Source of the DNA: Lytechinus pictus
Taxonomy: Eukaryota
Assembly (NCBI RefSeq): GCF_037042905.1
Contig: NC_087245.1
Coordinates: forward strand, 40,674,001-40,738,000
Direction of reading: 5' to 3'
Length of the DNA stretch: 64,000 nt
The position numbers were made by a program, and so were the translations under genes. The stretch's first letter is position 1. Each line of letters starts with the position of its first letter. The notes under the pieces are model-generated. The model searched no databases. It saw only the letters and a list, made by a program, of their open reading frames with translations, and had not been told where the DNA came from. This document shows, piece by piece, positions 1 through 12,370 of this stretch.

Positions 1-727
1 AATCATTAAATTAAAAAAACCTTCTTAAAATTAATTATTTTCAACATCATTGAACACCAGAGGCGTCGATCCTGGGGGGGGGGGGGCAATCGCCCCACCA
101 ATAAAAATATTGGGGGGCAAACATATCGTTTTGCCCCCCCCCCCCCATAATTCCGGATGTGCAAAGATAAAATAAGATTTAATGTTCAGCAAGCGAGATT
201 GAGATACACAACTCGTTCTTTATTTCAAATCGTGCTCAAAATGTCCGCTTTTCAGATTGGAATATAAAAAATTTCACCTCGCGCTTCGCGCTCGCATCAT
301 TTCTGCAGCAAAAACTCATACTTTTCATGATTAAATAGGTGAATAGAACTCCTGCTTCGATTTGCAATAATCTTTTGTTGGATATATATTTTGTTCTTTA
401 TAAAAAAAACGTCCATTAAACTGTCTTTTTTTTCAAATCGAAATATCAAAAATTTCAGCTCGCGCTTCGCGCTCGCATCTATTGTTCTTTTAGATACCAA
501 TCTTAATCATTGGTACAAAAAATGCTTAGAATATCAAGCTTTCAGGTCTGAATATAAAGAAATTTCAGCTCGCTCTCGGCACTCGCATTATCTGAGTAGT
601 GAGATACGTATCCTCCTCATGAGTTACTACAAACAGTCCTAAACAGGTACACTTTTCCTGTTTTAAGGTCAGTATACTAAAAAATTTCAGCTCGCGCTTC
701 GCGCTCGCCTTAATTTGTTGTTGAGAT

Positions 728-2043
728 GGCTTATTATAATCACTCGGGTCGCGTTCGCGTTCGAAATCACTCGGGTCGCGTTCGTAATCACTCGGGTTTG
801 GGATTTTTGGCGATTTTTTTTTTATTTCGATGCGATTTTTTTTTATAACGGTGTCTTCAATGGGACAAACATGTGGCTCAACTATCCTAGAATACATCCA
901 GACTTCTACTATTTTTATACGAGGACTCCGAGTCGGAACTTGTCATATCTGCCACATCGATATGACATCGCAGGGGCTGCGGAACGGTTTTCAAAGTGGG
1001 GGGGGGGGGCTGAGCCAAAAGTGGGGGGGGGGGGGGCTGACCATGCAAAAAATCACAATCATATGGTAACTTTTACGTTTTTGTACACGGTTTTGGAAAA
1101 AAGTGGGGGGGCTGAAGCCATATCATGTTTTAAGTAACTGGAGACTTAAAAATTTCCCTACCTAAATTCTCGAAACATTGCATTAGGTGATGTGCTTAAT
1201 TGATCTTCTTTGTGCTTGCGTGCCAAACGTATACGTTGAGCTGAACGGGGATCAGTCTTTCTCTCTCTCTGTCTCTCCTACCTTTCCGAAATTAAAACGG
1301 TCCCTCGATCGGACATAGTTATTTAGACGCAGGACAAATAATGCTCTGACAACTAAACTAACTTTTCGTCAGCATCAGTAAAAATGTGAATGGGCTTTTA
1401 AAAACTAATACTAAAACTGATCTAAAATTGATCTTAGATCGATCTTAAAATTGATTTTGGAAATCGATTTTAAATTAATTTTAAAATCGTAATTGTACCT
1501 GTTCTAATTAACCGATTTTACCACAATCGGCGATCACCTGCCAATCTTCGATCATGCCCCTTGAAGGGAAAATCGGATATAAAATATCGGCGTAGATCAC
1601 GTTACCTTGCTTCATGCTACCGATGCACGCCGTGTCCGACCGTGGCCGGGTCCCGCCTTGGGGCCATTGCATGCAGGCATGCATGTCCGCACATGGGAAT
1701 GACGATGTAATATCGATGTGGCAGATATGGCAAGTTCCGACTCGGAGTCCTCGTATAAAAACAGTAGAAGTCTGGATGTATTCTAGGATAGTTGAGCCAC
1801 ATGGCTGATTTGCTTGTTTGTTATGTTAAGCAGTAGGCGAGTGCAATTTATTTAAGGCACTTGCCGGCTTAACACGAAACTAGAATTTCAATTTCATTTC
1901 ATTTTCCCAGCGTGTTTGTCCCATTGAAGACATCAAATCGCATCGAAATAAAAAAAATCGCCAAAAATCCCAAACCCGAGTGATTACGAACGCGACCCGA
2001 GTGATTTCGAACGCGAACGCGACCCGAGTGATTATAATAAGCC
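728..2043. mobile_element. Long-TIR non-autonomous DNA transposon (MULE-like), nested
   Basis: TIRs of ~240 bp starting GGCTTATTATAATCACTCGGGTC (728-970, mirrored at ~1702-2043). 8-bp TSD GTTGAGAT at 720-727 and 2044-2051. No transposase ORF. Confidence 0.85.
971..1120. mobile_element. Truncated CAGGGG-type hAT-like MITE fragment
   Basis: Starts CAGGGGCTGCGGAAC immediately after the left long TIR and has G-runs like other MITEs in the window. No right TIR seen. Confidence 0.45.
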
Positions 2044-2639
2044 GTTGAGATACGTGTCTGTATCTTGTGAGTCATATACATATATATAATATGCCTATGT
2101 GTGTGTGTGGGGGGGGGGGTGTTTTGTACGATCGAGCGCCTTTGGAACGTTGATTCATGATTTTGCCCCCCCCCCCATCTGAAAAAATGGATCGACGCCC
2201 CTGTTGAACACCTGAGTACAAATATAAAAAATATTATTTTTTATAGTTTCATCGTGTATTTATTGCAAAACATTTTAAATCGTGGGCAATATTTTACATT
2301 TGTTTTGATATTTTATCCTTGCCGTGTATCATTCCTTTAAAGCAGTTGTTCATTTTGTATCAAGAAAGGAGATGATTATGATATTGTTATGAGATACGTG
2401 GTGATACGTTCGGTATGAGTTGTTTCTTTTCTATCTCTGCGAATGTCTGGAGGGCATATAAGTGGACTCACACGAGTTGTATTGTCAGTATGAGCTGCAG
2501 AGCGTGCATATCTATTATCATTTTATCATTCGTTGAAGGCATTGTTGAGTCTCTGCAACACGAGACCGACGCAAGAGCGAAGTGATGCCAGCCTACAGGC
2601 CCGGTTGGCCGAAAACTAGACCGGTTTTAGTCGTTATAA

Positions 2640-2866
2640 TAACTGTAAATGGTTATTTACCCAGGGTAGCCACTTCAACTATCGATATGATTACTGGTTT
2701 TCAAGCGGGCCTTGCATAGTATATTATTACAATTTTTCTATTCCTAAAAAGCAGAGGGCCTGACGAGAAGGCAGTAGGTCCCATTTTTCAAGTCTTTGGT
2801 ATGGGGTTGGGAATCGAAACCTTCCCGTTCATAAGGCGGACACCAACTTCGCCACCATGTCCGGTC
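2640..2866 (-). mobile_element. Degenerate tRNA-derived SINE
   Basis: B-box-like GGGAATCGAAACC on plus. Tail ATTTACCCAGGGTAGCCACTTCA is shared with the SINE at 47643-47939. Confidence 0.5.
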
Positions 2867-3521
2867 AAGAGAGTAATGTGTGACCATTATCCAAGTTTAG
2901 CATTTATTCCAAATGATAGATATTCTAAAAATAAGTATTGTCCTATAAAAGTAAAACAAATAATACTTTCAAAGTGTACATTGTTTCAAATCTGTGTCCC
3001 TTTCTCAATAATATCGCTAATTTGTTCGTTCAATTTTTCTACTAATAGCACCGGGACAGTTCTAGGCTACTTGTATTTTTGTTTTTCTCAATCAATACGT
3101 CTAGACGAATTAACTTCAAAGTTTTTCTTTATGTTGACCATGAACTTCGTCCTGGGTTGGACGATCAGAACAATATTTCATACAAAATAAAATAGACCTA
3201 AGTGACTCAATTTCTGTCACAATACTGACCGCGTCGATCGACATAATTAGATTTAGAATGCAGGGGGTATATGGGCCACATATTATGTTAATAATCTGAC
3301 ACAAAACGATTTTTTGCACAATCCAAATTATCATTATAAGGTTGGGGTCAATGATGACGTCATGAAAAGGGTCGTTAAAATGGGGTTTCTATAAGACAGT
3401 GCGAACCCGTGTATTTTCCTTTTTAAGAAAATAGTTTATTAGTTCCAACGATCTTTCAGTGTACACTTGTAAGATCAGAAAAAATACGTTCCTTAACTTT
3501 ATGCGTGAAAAAGGTCACCTC

Positions 3522-3681
3522 GGCTCCGTAACACAAAGGTTTGAGATAAATTGCAAGTATATATGAAAGAACCGCGCTGATTGGTTCCCAGTCAGTATTT
3601 TAAACATAGTGCGCATGCAACTATGATCTTGATTGGTCATTGGTATTTATCGCTTGATTGCAAACCTTTGTTTTACGGAGC
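3522..3681. mobile_element. Short palindromic MITE (Harbinger-like) with internal CCAAT motifs
   Basis: GCTCCGTAACACAAAGGTTTG ... CAAACCTTTGTTTTACGGAGC inverted termini. Confidence 0.65.
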
Positions 3682-3684
3682 TCT

Positions 3685-3830
3685 GGGGCCCGTTGCAGAA
3701 GAGTTACGATCAAACGCAACTCAAAAAATCTTGCGCAACTTGATTTTCAGCCAATGAGGCACCCGTATTCGGGACTTGCGCTTGATATTTCGACTCGCGT
3801 TTAATCGCAACTCTTTCTGCAACAGGCCCC
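3685..3830. mobile_element. Short palindromic MITE (Harbinger-like)
   Basis: GGGGCCCGTTGCAGAAGAGTT ... AACTCTTTCTGCAACAGGCCCC inverted termini. Related pieces occur near 14411, 38605 and 42797. Confidence 0.7.
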
Positions 3831-5737
3831 TGGATTCCTTTTCCAAGAATTGCCGGGTTTTTCTGGAAAAAATAATGGGGCAACCAGCATTATTCTTTAT
3901 TCGAAATTGAGGAGATGGATTTCACATTTTTGCTTGGTGAAACCGAATTTTTACTTCGATTCTGCACCCTTTTATGTAACAAAAAACGAATTACCCAGGA
4001 ATAGGCAGGGAAATAGGGGGAAAATTCCCATACACATTTTGATTCACATACATACAGTATAATAAACACTGCGTTTTCATCAGGGCTCTTTTGTGACGTC
4101 AGCAAACTTTGGAGGGGGTATTCGCGGGGGTCCCTAGATGGATAGGGGCAATTTTCACGGCTTATTGGTTACAACACAAACATGGATTGCCCCCTTCGTC
4201 CATTATCCCCCACACTATCTTTCAAAGTCAGAGTGTCATATTTTGTGCTTCACTTCTTGAAAAGGTGCGACGAATACGGGTATTCTTTTTTCCATTATCT
4301 AAGTAAAGAATAGGGCACAATGGGGGCTAGATTTTTTTCTCACCAAAACCACTTGACGGAGTTGACATGATTGGGGATTCGGTGGGTTACGACACTCGTC
4401 TTCCTGAAAATATTGCACAATGTATATATATTTTTTTCAAACAACGTTCATCATAAGGAAGCATCACTGACTAAAGAAATGGCAATTATATGCAACTATA
4501 AGGACATAAGCGAGTTACATGAATAACCAATTTGTCATTTTTGTATCACATGACACTCTGTAGGCGAGCTAGGATACACACAGTTGGTTATTAAGATCTT
4601 TGGCAATAATGTTAACATTTTTTATCTTAAAAAGCTGATTTTGTGAAAGACTTTGACTTAGGCCTTAATTGTATTCATAAATGATATCACATTTCAACCT
4701 CTTTCCTTTCCATTTCTTTCTTTTTATTGTCTTTTTTTCTCTAAGTCGCGAAACTTTTGAGAGTTCAATGGTCCTCCAAGCCCCCACCCCAATGTTGAAC
4801 GCCAGTACTTGCGATATGCAATGCTCAGATTTGTAAGACGAGTAAAACATGAAAAATGAAATAAAAAGACCCAGAGAGGGCGATATAGGTAAAATTTAAA
4901 TTTTTGTAAAGAAGCAACGGACGAGAAAATATTCGACGGTCGGTCACTACACTTTAGATAATTGGAATGTAAGCGTGGTAAGGTGATACTCTTAATATAA
5001 TTCACATGACTGGACATTAACCACAACTTCAGACTGGCTTTCATCGGGTTTAACTTCTCTAAATCATCGACCCCTCTTACATTTTGGTTGACGAAGTGGT
5101 GTTACTTCGATCATGTTGTCCCTTCTTCTCCGCTGTCGTAGAATGTTACATCTGGAATGGAGCACGACACATTAATCACCTGAGATCGACCACTATAACA
5201 TGTATGGTTACCACATATAAACCTGCTATATGTTTTGGTATAATTATCGTGGCTGCATACGCGGAATCTCACCCCGGTCAGCTTACTCTGCTTATTAATG
5301 AGATGATGACACCAGAAGATATTAAGCCCCCAATCCATCAATCTAATAACATGATGGGCTTTATTTTATATGTTTATCAAAATGACAAATAGGCCTACAC
5401 TACAGCTTTGCAAATTCAAAAGTACATTCACTTTTCCTTCAGACATGACGTATTCATAACTTTGCATGGACGGGTGAAAAAAAATCATTGGTCAATGGTC
5501 AATCTTGACAAAGCGTTATGTCAGTACTGAAAATGACACGCTCGAGGAATTTTCAAAGGACTTATGCCCAACATTTAAAACTTAGGATTAAATGATTCCA
5601 TTCTTTTGTGAATTGGTCTTTTGACAATCTCAATAGAGAACGCTCTCATATAATTTTATGAATGTTTGATAAGACTACCTCAAAAATATCTGCCATCTTT
5701 CTTCCTTACTATCTCGTATCACCTTGTATTACCCCTA

Positions 5738-5834
5738 CACTATCAAAACAAATCAGTCAAATATGATTAGAATAACAGTTGCACCCAGCTGACCATATTA
5801 ACTAGTCATTTTTTACTGATTTGTTTTTATAGTG
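5738..5834. mobile_element. CAC..GTG MITE (EnSpm/CACTA-like)
   Basis: CACTATCAAAACAAATCAGT ... ACTGATTTGTTTTTATAGTG termini with a 2-bp TA duplication on both sides. Confidence 0.7.
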
Positions 5835-6204
5835 TAACTGCGTAAAACTCGCAGAGATCATTTGCTTTTGAGTAATATTGCCTGGTTCTGGAAGGGTAAA
5901 ATAGTGGTCTTCCATTCTAAATTTCTCTACTTCCACCTTTGAGGTGAGCACTTATTATTTCTCTCAGAAGTAACGTCGGGAATTACTCAGTTTTTATAGA
6001 AAATGCTTACAGTCTCACCATGAATATTAAAGGTGGGAATACAAGACATCCATTATTGGCATAATATTTTATCAGAGGTCCTCAGACCATGGACCTAATA
6101 TTAGGTCCATGCTCAGCCCCTCCTATTTAATGAGAAATAATAATGTGGTTATTTATTATGCTTAAGACATACATTGCACGTATCTAATTGCTTACAGATT
6201 TCTA

Positions 6205-6665
6205 ATTACCCCGGGTCATCGGATTCAACCAGCCATTCCCGCACACAACGTATGCACATCCTCCACTCACTGGGGGAGTATTCCAGTCAGTCACCATTTA
6301 CGCACACACAATAATGGACAAAATACAATGAAAGTCACACACTCTAAAAAAAAGGTTTACTCAATATTGGGTGAAATGGGAACATGCATGTTAGTTGGGT
6401 AAAGAAATTTTACGCAATGTTGCTTTGAAATAACCCAATACTGTGTTAAAAAATACACAGCAAACGTGCATGTTCTCTTTCTACCCAATATTGGGTAACA
6501 TTTGTTTTACCCAGTGTTTTTAGAGTGCATCCTATCGGATACCCATTTAGCGCCTGGGTGGAGAGTGGCAAAGTGTGGATTGACGCCTTGCCAAATGACG
6601 CTTGGCCTCGATCGGATTCGAACACACAACCCTTTGGTTACCTGAACCGCGACACCACGACGCTT
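6205..6665 (-). mobile_element. tRNA-derived SINE interrupted by a MITE
   Basis: Reverse complement matches the SINE at 45129 (GGCAAGGCGTCAATCCACA-CTTTGCCACTCTCCACCCAGG core). B-box GGATTCGAAC on plus near 6614. Confidence 0.75.
6340..6527. mobile_element. CAC..GTG MITE (EnSpm/CACTA-like) inserted in SINE
   Basis: CACTCTAAAAA ... TTTTTAGAGTG termini, 2-bp CA duplication, internal ACCCAATATTGGGT palindromes. Confidence 0.8.
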
Positions 6666-7146
6666 GGACTTTTTGCATAATCATCTGGATATAGTGCCAT
6701 CATGTTGGAGAAAGGGTCAGATAGGGTTCGGAGATTGAACGACCGAGAGATCCAGGGTCTGTGTCTCTCATACCATAATACTCAATAAGCTCGGATTGGT
6801 TTAGGATGGGGTCGTTTTCACGAACTCGAGAAGAGCATCGCAATGCACCTTGTTTTTATTAGCAGCAAGAAACGCTTGTCTGTACGCCCCAAAAGGTGCA
6901 AAGTTGTAGCTTCATCAAATTGTTTTATCTTTGCACCCTTTGTGGTGCATAATATAGCTAAATTGAATCCATGAAGGTGCATAGATGTGCTTTATTGCTC
7001 CATTAGCACCCCTTGTTTGATGCTATGTAGGGCGTGTAGGGTGCAAATTTGTACCCTTAGTAAGGTGTGAATATTTGTATCAGAAAGGTGCAAATTTCTC
7101 CATTTTAATTTTTTTTTAAGTGTTACATAGAGGTGCACCTTTTATA

Positions 7147-8050
7147 GGGGTTTTCCACTAGGGCCAGGACAGCGTCAGGACAAGGCGCGGAATGTAATAA
7201 TTGTAGTCCGCGACCCTTCCGCAATCTGTCCGGATATTCCTGGGAGTGTCCGCATGCTGTCCTAAACCCTTCCTGGTGTTCGGGAAATCAAAATTTGTCC
7301 GAATCCAAATTTGAAACGTCAACGCCGTTACATTTTAATGAATTTTTTTCTTTTTTTTTCATTCGATGGACTATGATAAAATCATGAACAATATGGTAGA
7401 TGCATAATCCTGCAAATTATGATATGATGTGATACATCATGGGGCGCGTTTCCATGTTAGAATATAACACTGTTCTGACATGTCAGGCGAAAAGAGATAT
7501 TTTTCCTCTTATTCATTTGTATGAAGGCATAAAATATGGATGAATTTTTATTTGAAAAAAAGAAAGAAAATCTTGTAGCCTATTTAATAGGAATAACGAT
7601 TTTGAAAAGTGTAGTTTGATGACGAAACAATTTTATATTCTCGCCTGCTCTCAAATGGGTCGTTTTGGAGACAAATGGTTTTTCATTTAATAACTTGACG
7701 ATAATTTCTTTGTATATCAAGAGGTTGTCCGTAACTAATTATGATTATCCGAGTCCTTGATTTTACCTCTCGGGACGTTGTCCTAAGTTTGTCCGGCTTT
7801 GTCCTGATACGATCTGCATGCTGTCCGCGCCAAACGCCGAAAAAAATATTCAGACAATGCTGTCCTAAATCACTCCCAAGACATTTCCAGGAATGTCCTA
7901 GGACAAAACGGAGACAGTCCTGGTTAGGTCCTCGGACAAGTTCATTTGCATAATCTTTTTTCGGGATTTGGTGCGGACAGCATGCCGAAATGACAAAAGT
8001 TGCTTCCGCAACCCTTCCTGGTCTTGTCCGTGCCCTAGTGGAAAACCGGC
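7147..8050. mobile_element. Non-autonomous TIR element (Harbinger-like)
   Basis: GGTTTTCCACTAGGGCCAGGACA ... TGTCCGTGCCCTAGTGGAAAACC inverted termini with subterminal TGTCC/GGACA repeats. Confidence 0.7.
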
Positions 8051-9516
8051 TTTAACGGAACAGGTACATTTTTAGTTAAAAGAGTATCGGGCTTCAAATA
8101 GAATTAGCCCCCTTTCCCCAACCCCTCCCCCAAAAGATGTCGAGTGCTTATTATCTTAGCAATATTTTTTATAATCATTTTTATCTCGATGAATATTGTG
8201 AAAAATGAGGAGGAAAATGTTTGTTAAAGAAAGACGTCAGCAACTGTATGATGAATTTCATTTTGTGAATACAAACAAGTACATGACTAAACAGTGAACT
8301 CCAGCAAGCAACTTTCCGTATTCTCCGCGATCAAAAGCCTAATTTGGGCCATACGTTAGCATCGATGCTCCTGTGAGACCGGGTTGCTTCATCCCTGGAC
8401 TTGGCGCACCTGGACATCTAATCAGTGTCCTCGGGAAGGTGAACATTGAAGGTTCAAGTTACTCTTCCAGTCTCGACGACAAGATGACGAGTTTCACCGA
8501 AGACGGCAATCATGTCACCGGGTGCGGAGGTGAATGGCTGTACCTCTCTCGGGGTTTTTCCAGTGGATCAATGTTTATCGGTAGGTCTTAAGGAGAGGGT
8601 AAACGCTGGTTCAAGTACTGGAGTACAGATTGGGGGAGGGGGGGGGGCTTTGGAAGCCATTGCTCCCAAATGTTCCACGACAGAATTACCATAAAAATAC
8701 GAGATATGGTGTTATTTGCTGCATTTTAAAAATATTTTTAAAAATACTCGCTCGCTTCGATCGCTCGAGACTTTTAAGAAAAATCGTCACACACACGATG
8801 CCGTGATCCCTCATTATTCTGTTCGGCTCTTCACGTCACTGAGTGCAAGTTTCGAAGTATAACGGTATGACAATGTCGTGCAGAAAAGGCGAAATGAATT
8901 AATCCTTGTTAATGGAGTAGAGAAATAGAACGGTCCCTGGATTGATTGACGAAAATATATTTCTAAAGAGAGAAAGAGAGAGAGAGAAAAGGGGCACGAA
9001 ATGAATTATGAATTGTGCCGAGAAAGAATGTAATTGGTTTCCTTTTTCCAATTCTCCTTGTAATAAATGACCTTGATGAATTGTTTTGTGTATAGAACAA
9101 CCAAGACATCAGGAATACTTTAAATATTCATTCATTTGAATTGTTTATTCTTATTAATATTAAGTTCTTTGTTTATTTATTTATACATTCATTGGCTATT
9201 TATTAATCTATTCACTTATCAATTCTCTCATTATTTCATTTGTTCATTTATCAATTAATCTAATTATTTGCTTATCTATTGATGTTTGATTTTCTTTATT
9301 TATTTATTCATTTATAATTTGTTTGTATTCATGTTCATCGTTTACCTAACAAATGAGCATTATTCAATGGGGCTTTAAGCAAAGCCAACATATCAGTTCG
9401 GATTATACCAATTACTTTCTTCATACAAATATTTTAGTCTATAGCATCTGATGCAATCTTTTTTCTTTACTTTTCGTTAAGGCTGGTGATGAAAAATTGC
9501 GCGCTAAAAAATAACA

Positions 9517-10364
9517 CACTGTAAAAACATTCTTTGAATTAGTAGTTAACACTTTATGTATAGAAAATTAAGAAGAATTTATTATTTGTTATTATTTCTC
9601 TTTTTTTGTAGTAGATTTAACTTGTCTTTTAATTTACTTGATTTATTTTGGTTTAATGTATATTTACGAAAATTCACGTATGGCTAGTTTGCTCCTATTA
9701 AGTAAATCTAACTCCAATTAGGCAAAAATATTCATTACTTAATTATGTTGAACGTACTTATATTTGTCAATTAACGCCTTATTTAAATAATACTTGAATA
9801 TTCATTAAGAGCAAGTAAATGTTGCAATTTTTTAATAACTGTCATATCTCTTTGTGTTTGAAATTGTTTTTAATAAATTATTTTATTCTTTTGTTGAATC
9901 AAAGAAAGAGCAATATTTAAAAGTCACTCATCAGAAAATGTCAATTTTCTTTTTAGGTTTTCGGAAAATGTTACATATTATCATTGTCACCGTTTTATTT
10001 GTTAGGATGAACCGGTCGCGTATAAACATAAATGTCAGTATCTATCATGCACAGGTAAGTGACAATGCATAAAGTCTAATATGTGGCTAAAAGATGTCTA
10101 AGTTGAAAATGACGCCACTGAAAGTGGGACGATGGGGGAGCGGACTTTCGAATCACGAACGTCCACTCCCCCATTTTATATATTTCAGTGATTGCTTTAC
10201 TTAATTGAATTAAGTTATCATAACTTAATTTACTTGAGTAAAATGGATGCAAAGAAAATAGGTAAATTTTACTTAAAACTGCCAAACTTATAAATACTTG
10301 AAAAAATTAAGGCAATTTTTTGCATCAATTTTATTGAGTAATTTCAAATATTTTTTTTACAGTG
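9517..10364. mobile_element. CAC..GTG non-autonomous element (EnSpm/CACTA-like)
   Basis: CACTGTAAAAA ... TTTTTACAGTG termini, 2-bp CA duplication, AT-rich interior with TTACTT/AAGTAA repeats. Confidence 0.7.
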
Positions 10365-11339
10365 CATGTACTCATACTCCTTTTGACCTTGGACTTGGTT
10401 TGGTGTGCTTTATAAGCCATGTATAATCTGAAGTTCGAATAGGTAGTGTAGATTTTCTGAGATTTTTCGCCATGCTTGCTAGACATTGAAACAACACATG
10501 GCGTATTATGCCACTATCGCAGGCATGTGAGCTAATGGGGCCGGGCAACCAAATGTCTCGAGTAATTACACGGTGATTTGACGACAACGAAAAAAACACA
10601 CATGTGTTCTTTTCAAGAATCGCTTAAAAGCGCCGTTATCATTGCCTGACAAAGGGCTTATACACCCCCCACCCATCACCAGTTCAGGTTGAATCAGCGT
10701 GGTACCATGCTCCTATCTTCGAATTAGCCAAGCATGCGTCATTGGCGCTGAGAAGGGGTCGGACACCACTCCAGCACTCGCTGTGTTCCGAGCGCGCGCG
10801 TTCGGCGCCTCCGTGCGAACGTCTCCTCAAATGTCGTCTGATGAGTTGAACAGAGCCATCTCAAGGACGGCAGAATTAATTCACGAGCCATGCAAATATT
10901 GTGTACAAATATTTCTATTTGTTTCAGTTGATCTTGTCGACACAGACATAGTTTTAGACAAGGCCAATCGCCAATCTAATTAATATCACGGATGCCAATG
11001 CTAATTACGAGAACAAACTGTTTGGCATGCTATGGTAGCTCATGTACACGGTATTGAAACTGCGGTCAGGGAAGCGTAGGAAAGTTGTAACTAACCCTTC
11101 TATACGGGTTGATCAGTGTTCCGTTTCATAACAGTTACTATTATACTAACTTTGCCATCCAATGGTTACTACCATGGCAGCGGTGCTCATCAGCCAATCA
11201 AAATCAAGGATTCCATGACAGACACCATTGGATGGCAAAGTTACCATAATAGAAACTTTCATGCAAAGACACTCAGAACTGTAATTAATGATAATCATAT
11301 ATAGCATTTATGAGGCGCCGATTTATCTAGTTTCCTATT

Positions 11340-11558
11340 CAATGGCGCACTATATATTACCCCGGCTGTAGCTCCAGCTGCTAAAGGCGCTTGGTGCATT
11401 CAAGGAATTAATCCTGCCGGGTACCCATTCACCTCACCTGGGTTGAGTGCAGCACAATGTGGATACATTTCTTGCTGAAGGAAAACACGCCGTGGCTGAG
11501 ATTCGAACCCAAGCCCCTCTCATTGGAAGACGAGATTCGTAACCACTAGACCACGACG
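11340..11558 (-). mobile_element. tRNA-derived SINE
   Basis: B-box GATTCGAACCC and A-box CCACTAGACCA on plus. Core GGTACCCATTCACCTCACCTGGGTTGAGTGCAGCAC is shared with 47643-47939. Confidence 0.8.
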
Positions 11559-12239
11559 ATGATATGGATGATCGCATTTCAATAGGTTGAAATAAATTAT
11601 TTGAAAAATCCATACACATTCTGATAAAACGCTCAACAGGGGTACATTATATTTACAATAACGTTCCATTCAGAGTATTTTGTTCCGGATTGATATGATT
11701 TCCATTCAATTTAAAGTGGACTTGATCACGATAATACATGAATTGTCCTGGAAATTAATATAATTTCATATTGATGGCGGGGCCGGGGATAAAGGGTGTT
11801 ATGAAAGAAAGATGATAATCATTTCGTTTGAAATGCAACTCACACGCGGAGGCGCAATTGAACCATTAAACCATAAAATGTATTTTGTCCAGTCAGTTTA
11901 ATTATCAGGAGGACAAAGACCCCTGACAGAGTTATCCGTAGTATTTACTGTGTAGGAGAATGTGTAACATAATTTTATTCCTTTATTTCTTTTAATAAAT
12001 ATTGTTTGATTGATTTTTATTTAATTTTCCGATTTCTTACTCATTTCATCTTTTATTTAGATATTTGTTATTGAAAATGGAAGAAATAGAAATAAAAATA
12101 GAAAATTATCATTATGATTCTTTTCATTTATATCCTTCATTCTTATTGAATCATTATCATTCATTTGTTTTTTATAGTGCCGAGATTTAAATCGGCATAT
12201 GGACATTTTGTGATGATTAACGATGATCACGACTTCAAT

Positions 12240-12370
12240 AGCAATGATAATTATTGCGATAATGATGAGGGGAATAATGATGATGGTAATGATGATGATG
12301 ATGATAATGATGATGATGATGATGATGACGGATGATGATGATGATGAGGGGAGGGGGATGATGACGACGA
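12240..12370. repeat. (GAT)n microsatellite
   Basis: Direct reading. Confidence 0.9.

Larger units (their letters stand above)
58..2203. mobile_element. Non-autonomous hAT-like DNA transposon (MITE) containing nested insertions
   Basis: TIRs CAGAGGCGTCGATCC (58) and GGATCGACGCCCCTG (ends 2203). Perfect 8-bp TSD TTGAACAC at 50-57 and 2204-2211. Internal repeats AAATTTCAGCTCGCGCTTCGCGCTCGC and G/C runs. hAT assignment is inferred from the 8-bp TSD and CAG termini. Confidence 0.85.

Noticed and set aside
565..1137. 110-aa and 140-aa ORFs
   Set aside because: They lie across TIR subrepeats of nested MITEs and have no recognisable domain.
5081..5151. Minus-strand micro-exon (CAG|...|GTAAG) encoding CNILRQRRRRDNMIEVTPLRQPK
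   Set aside because: Weak polypyrimidine tract, no partner exons and no recognisable homology, so it cannot be supported from sequence alone.
10836..10880. Hammerhead ribozyme core CTGATGAG
   Set aside because: No correctly placed GAAA or stem III.
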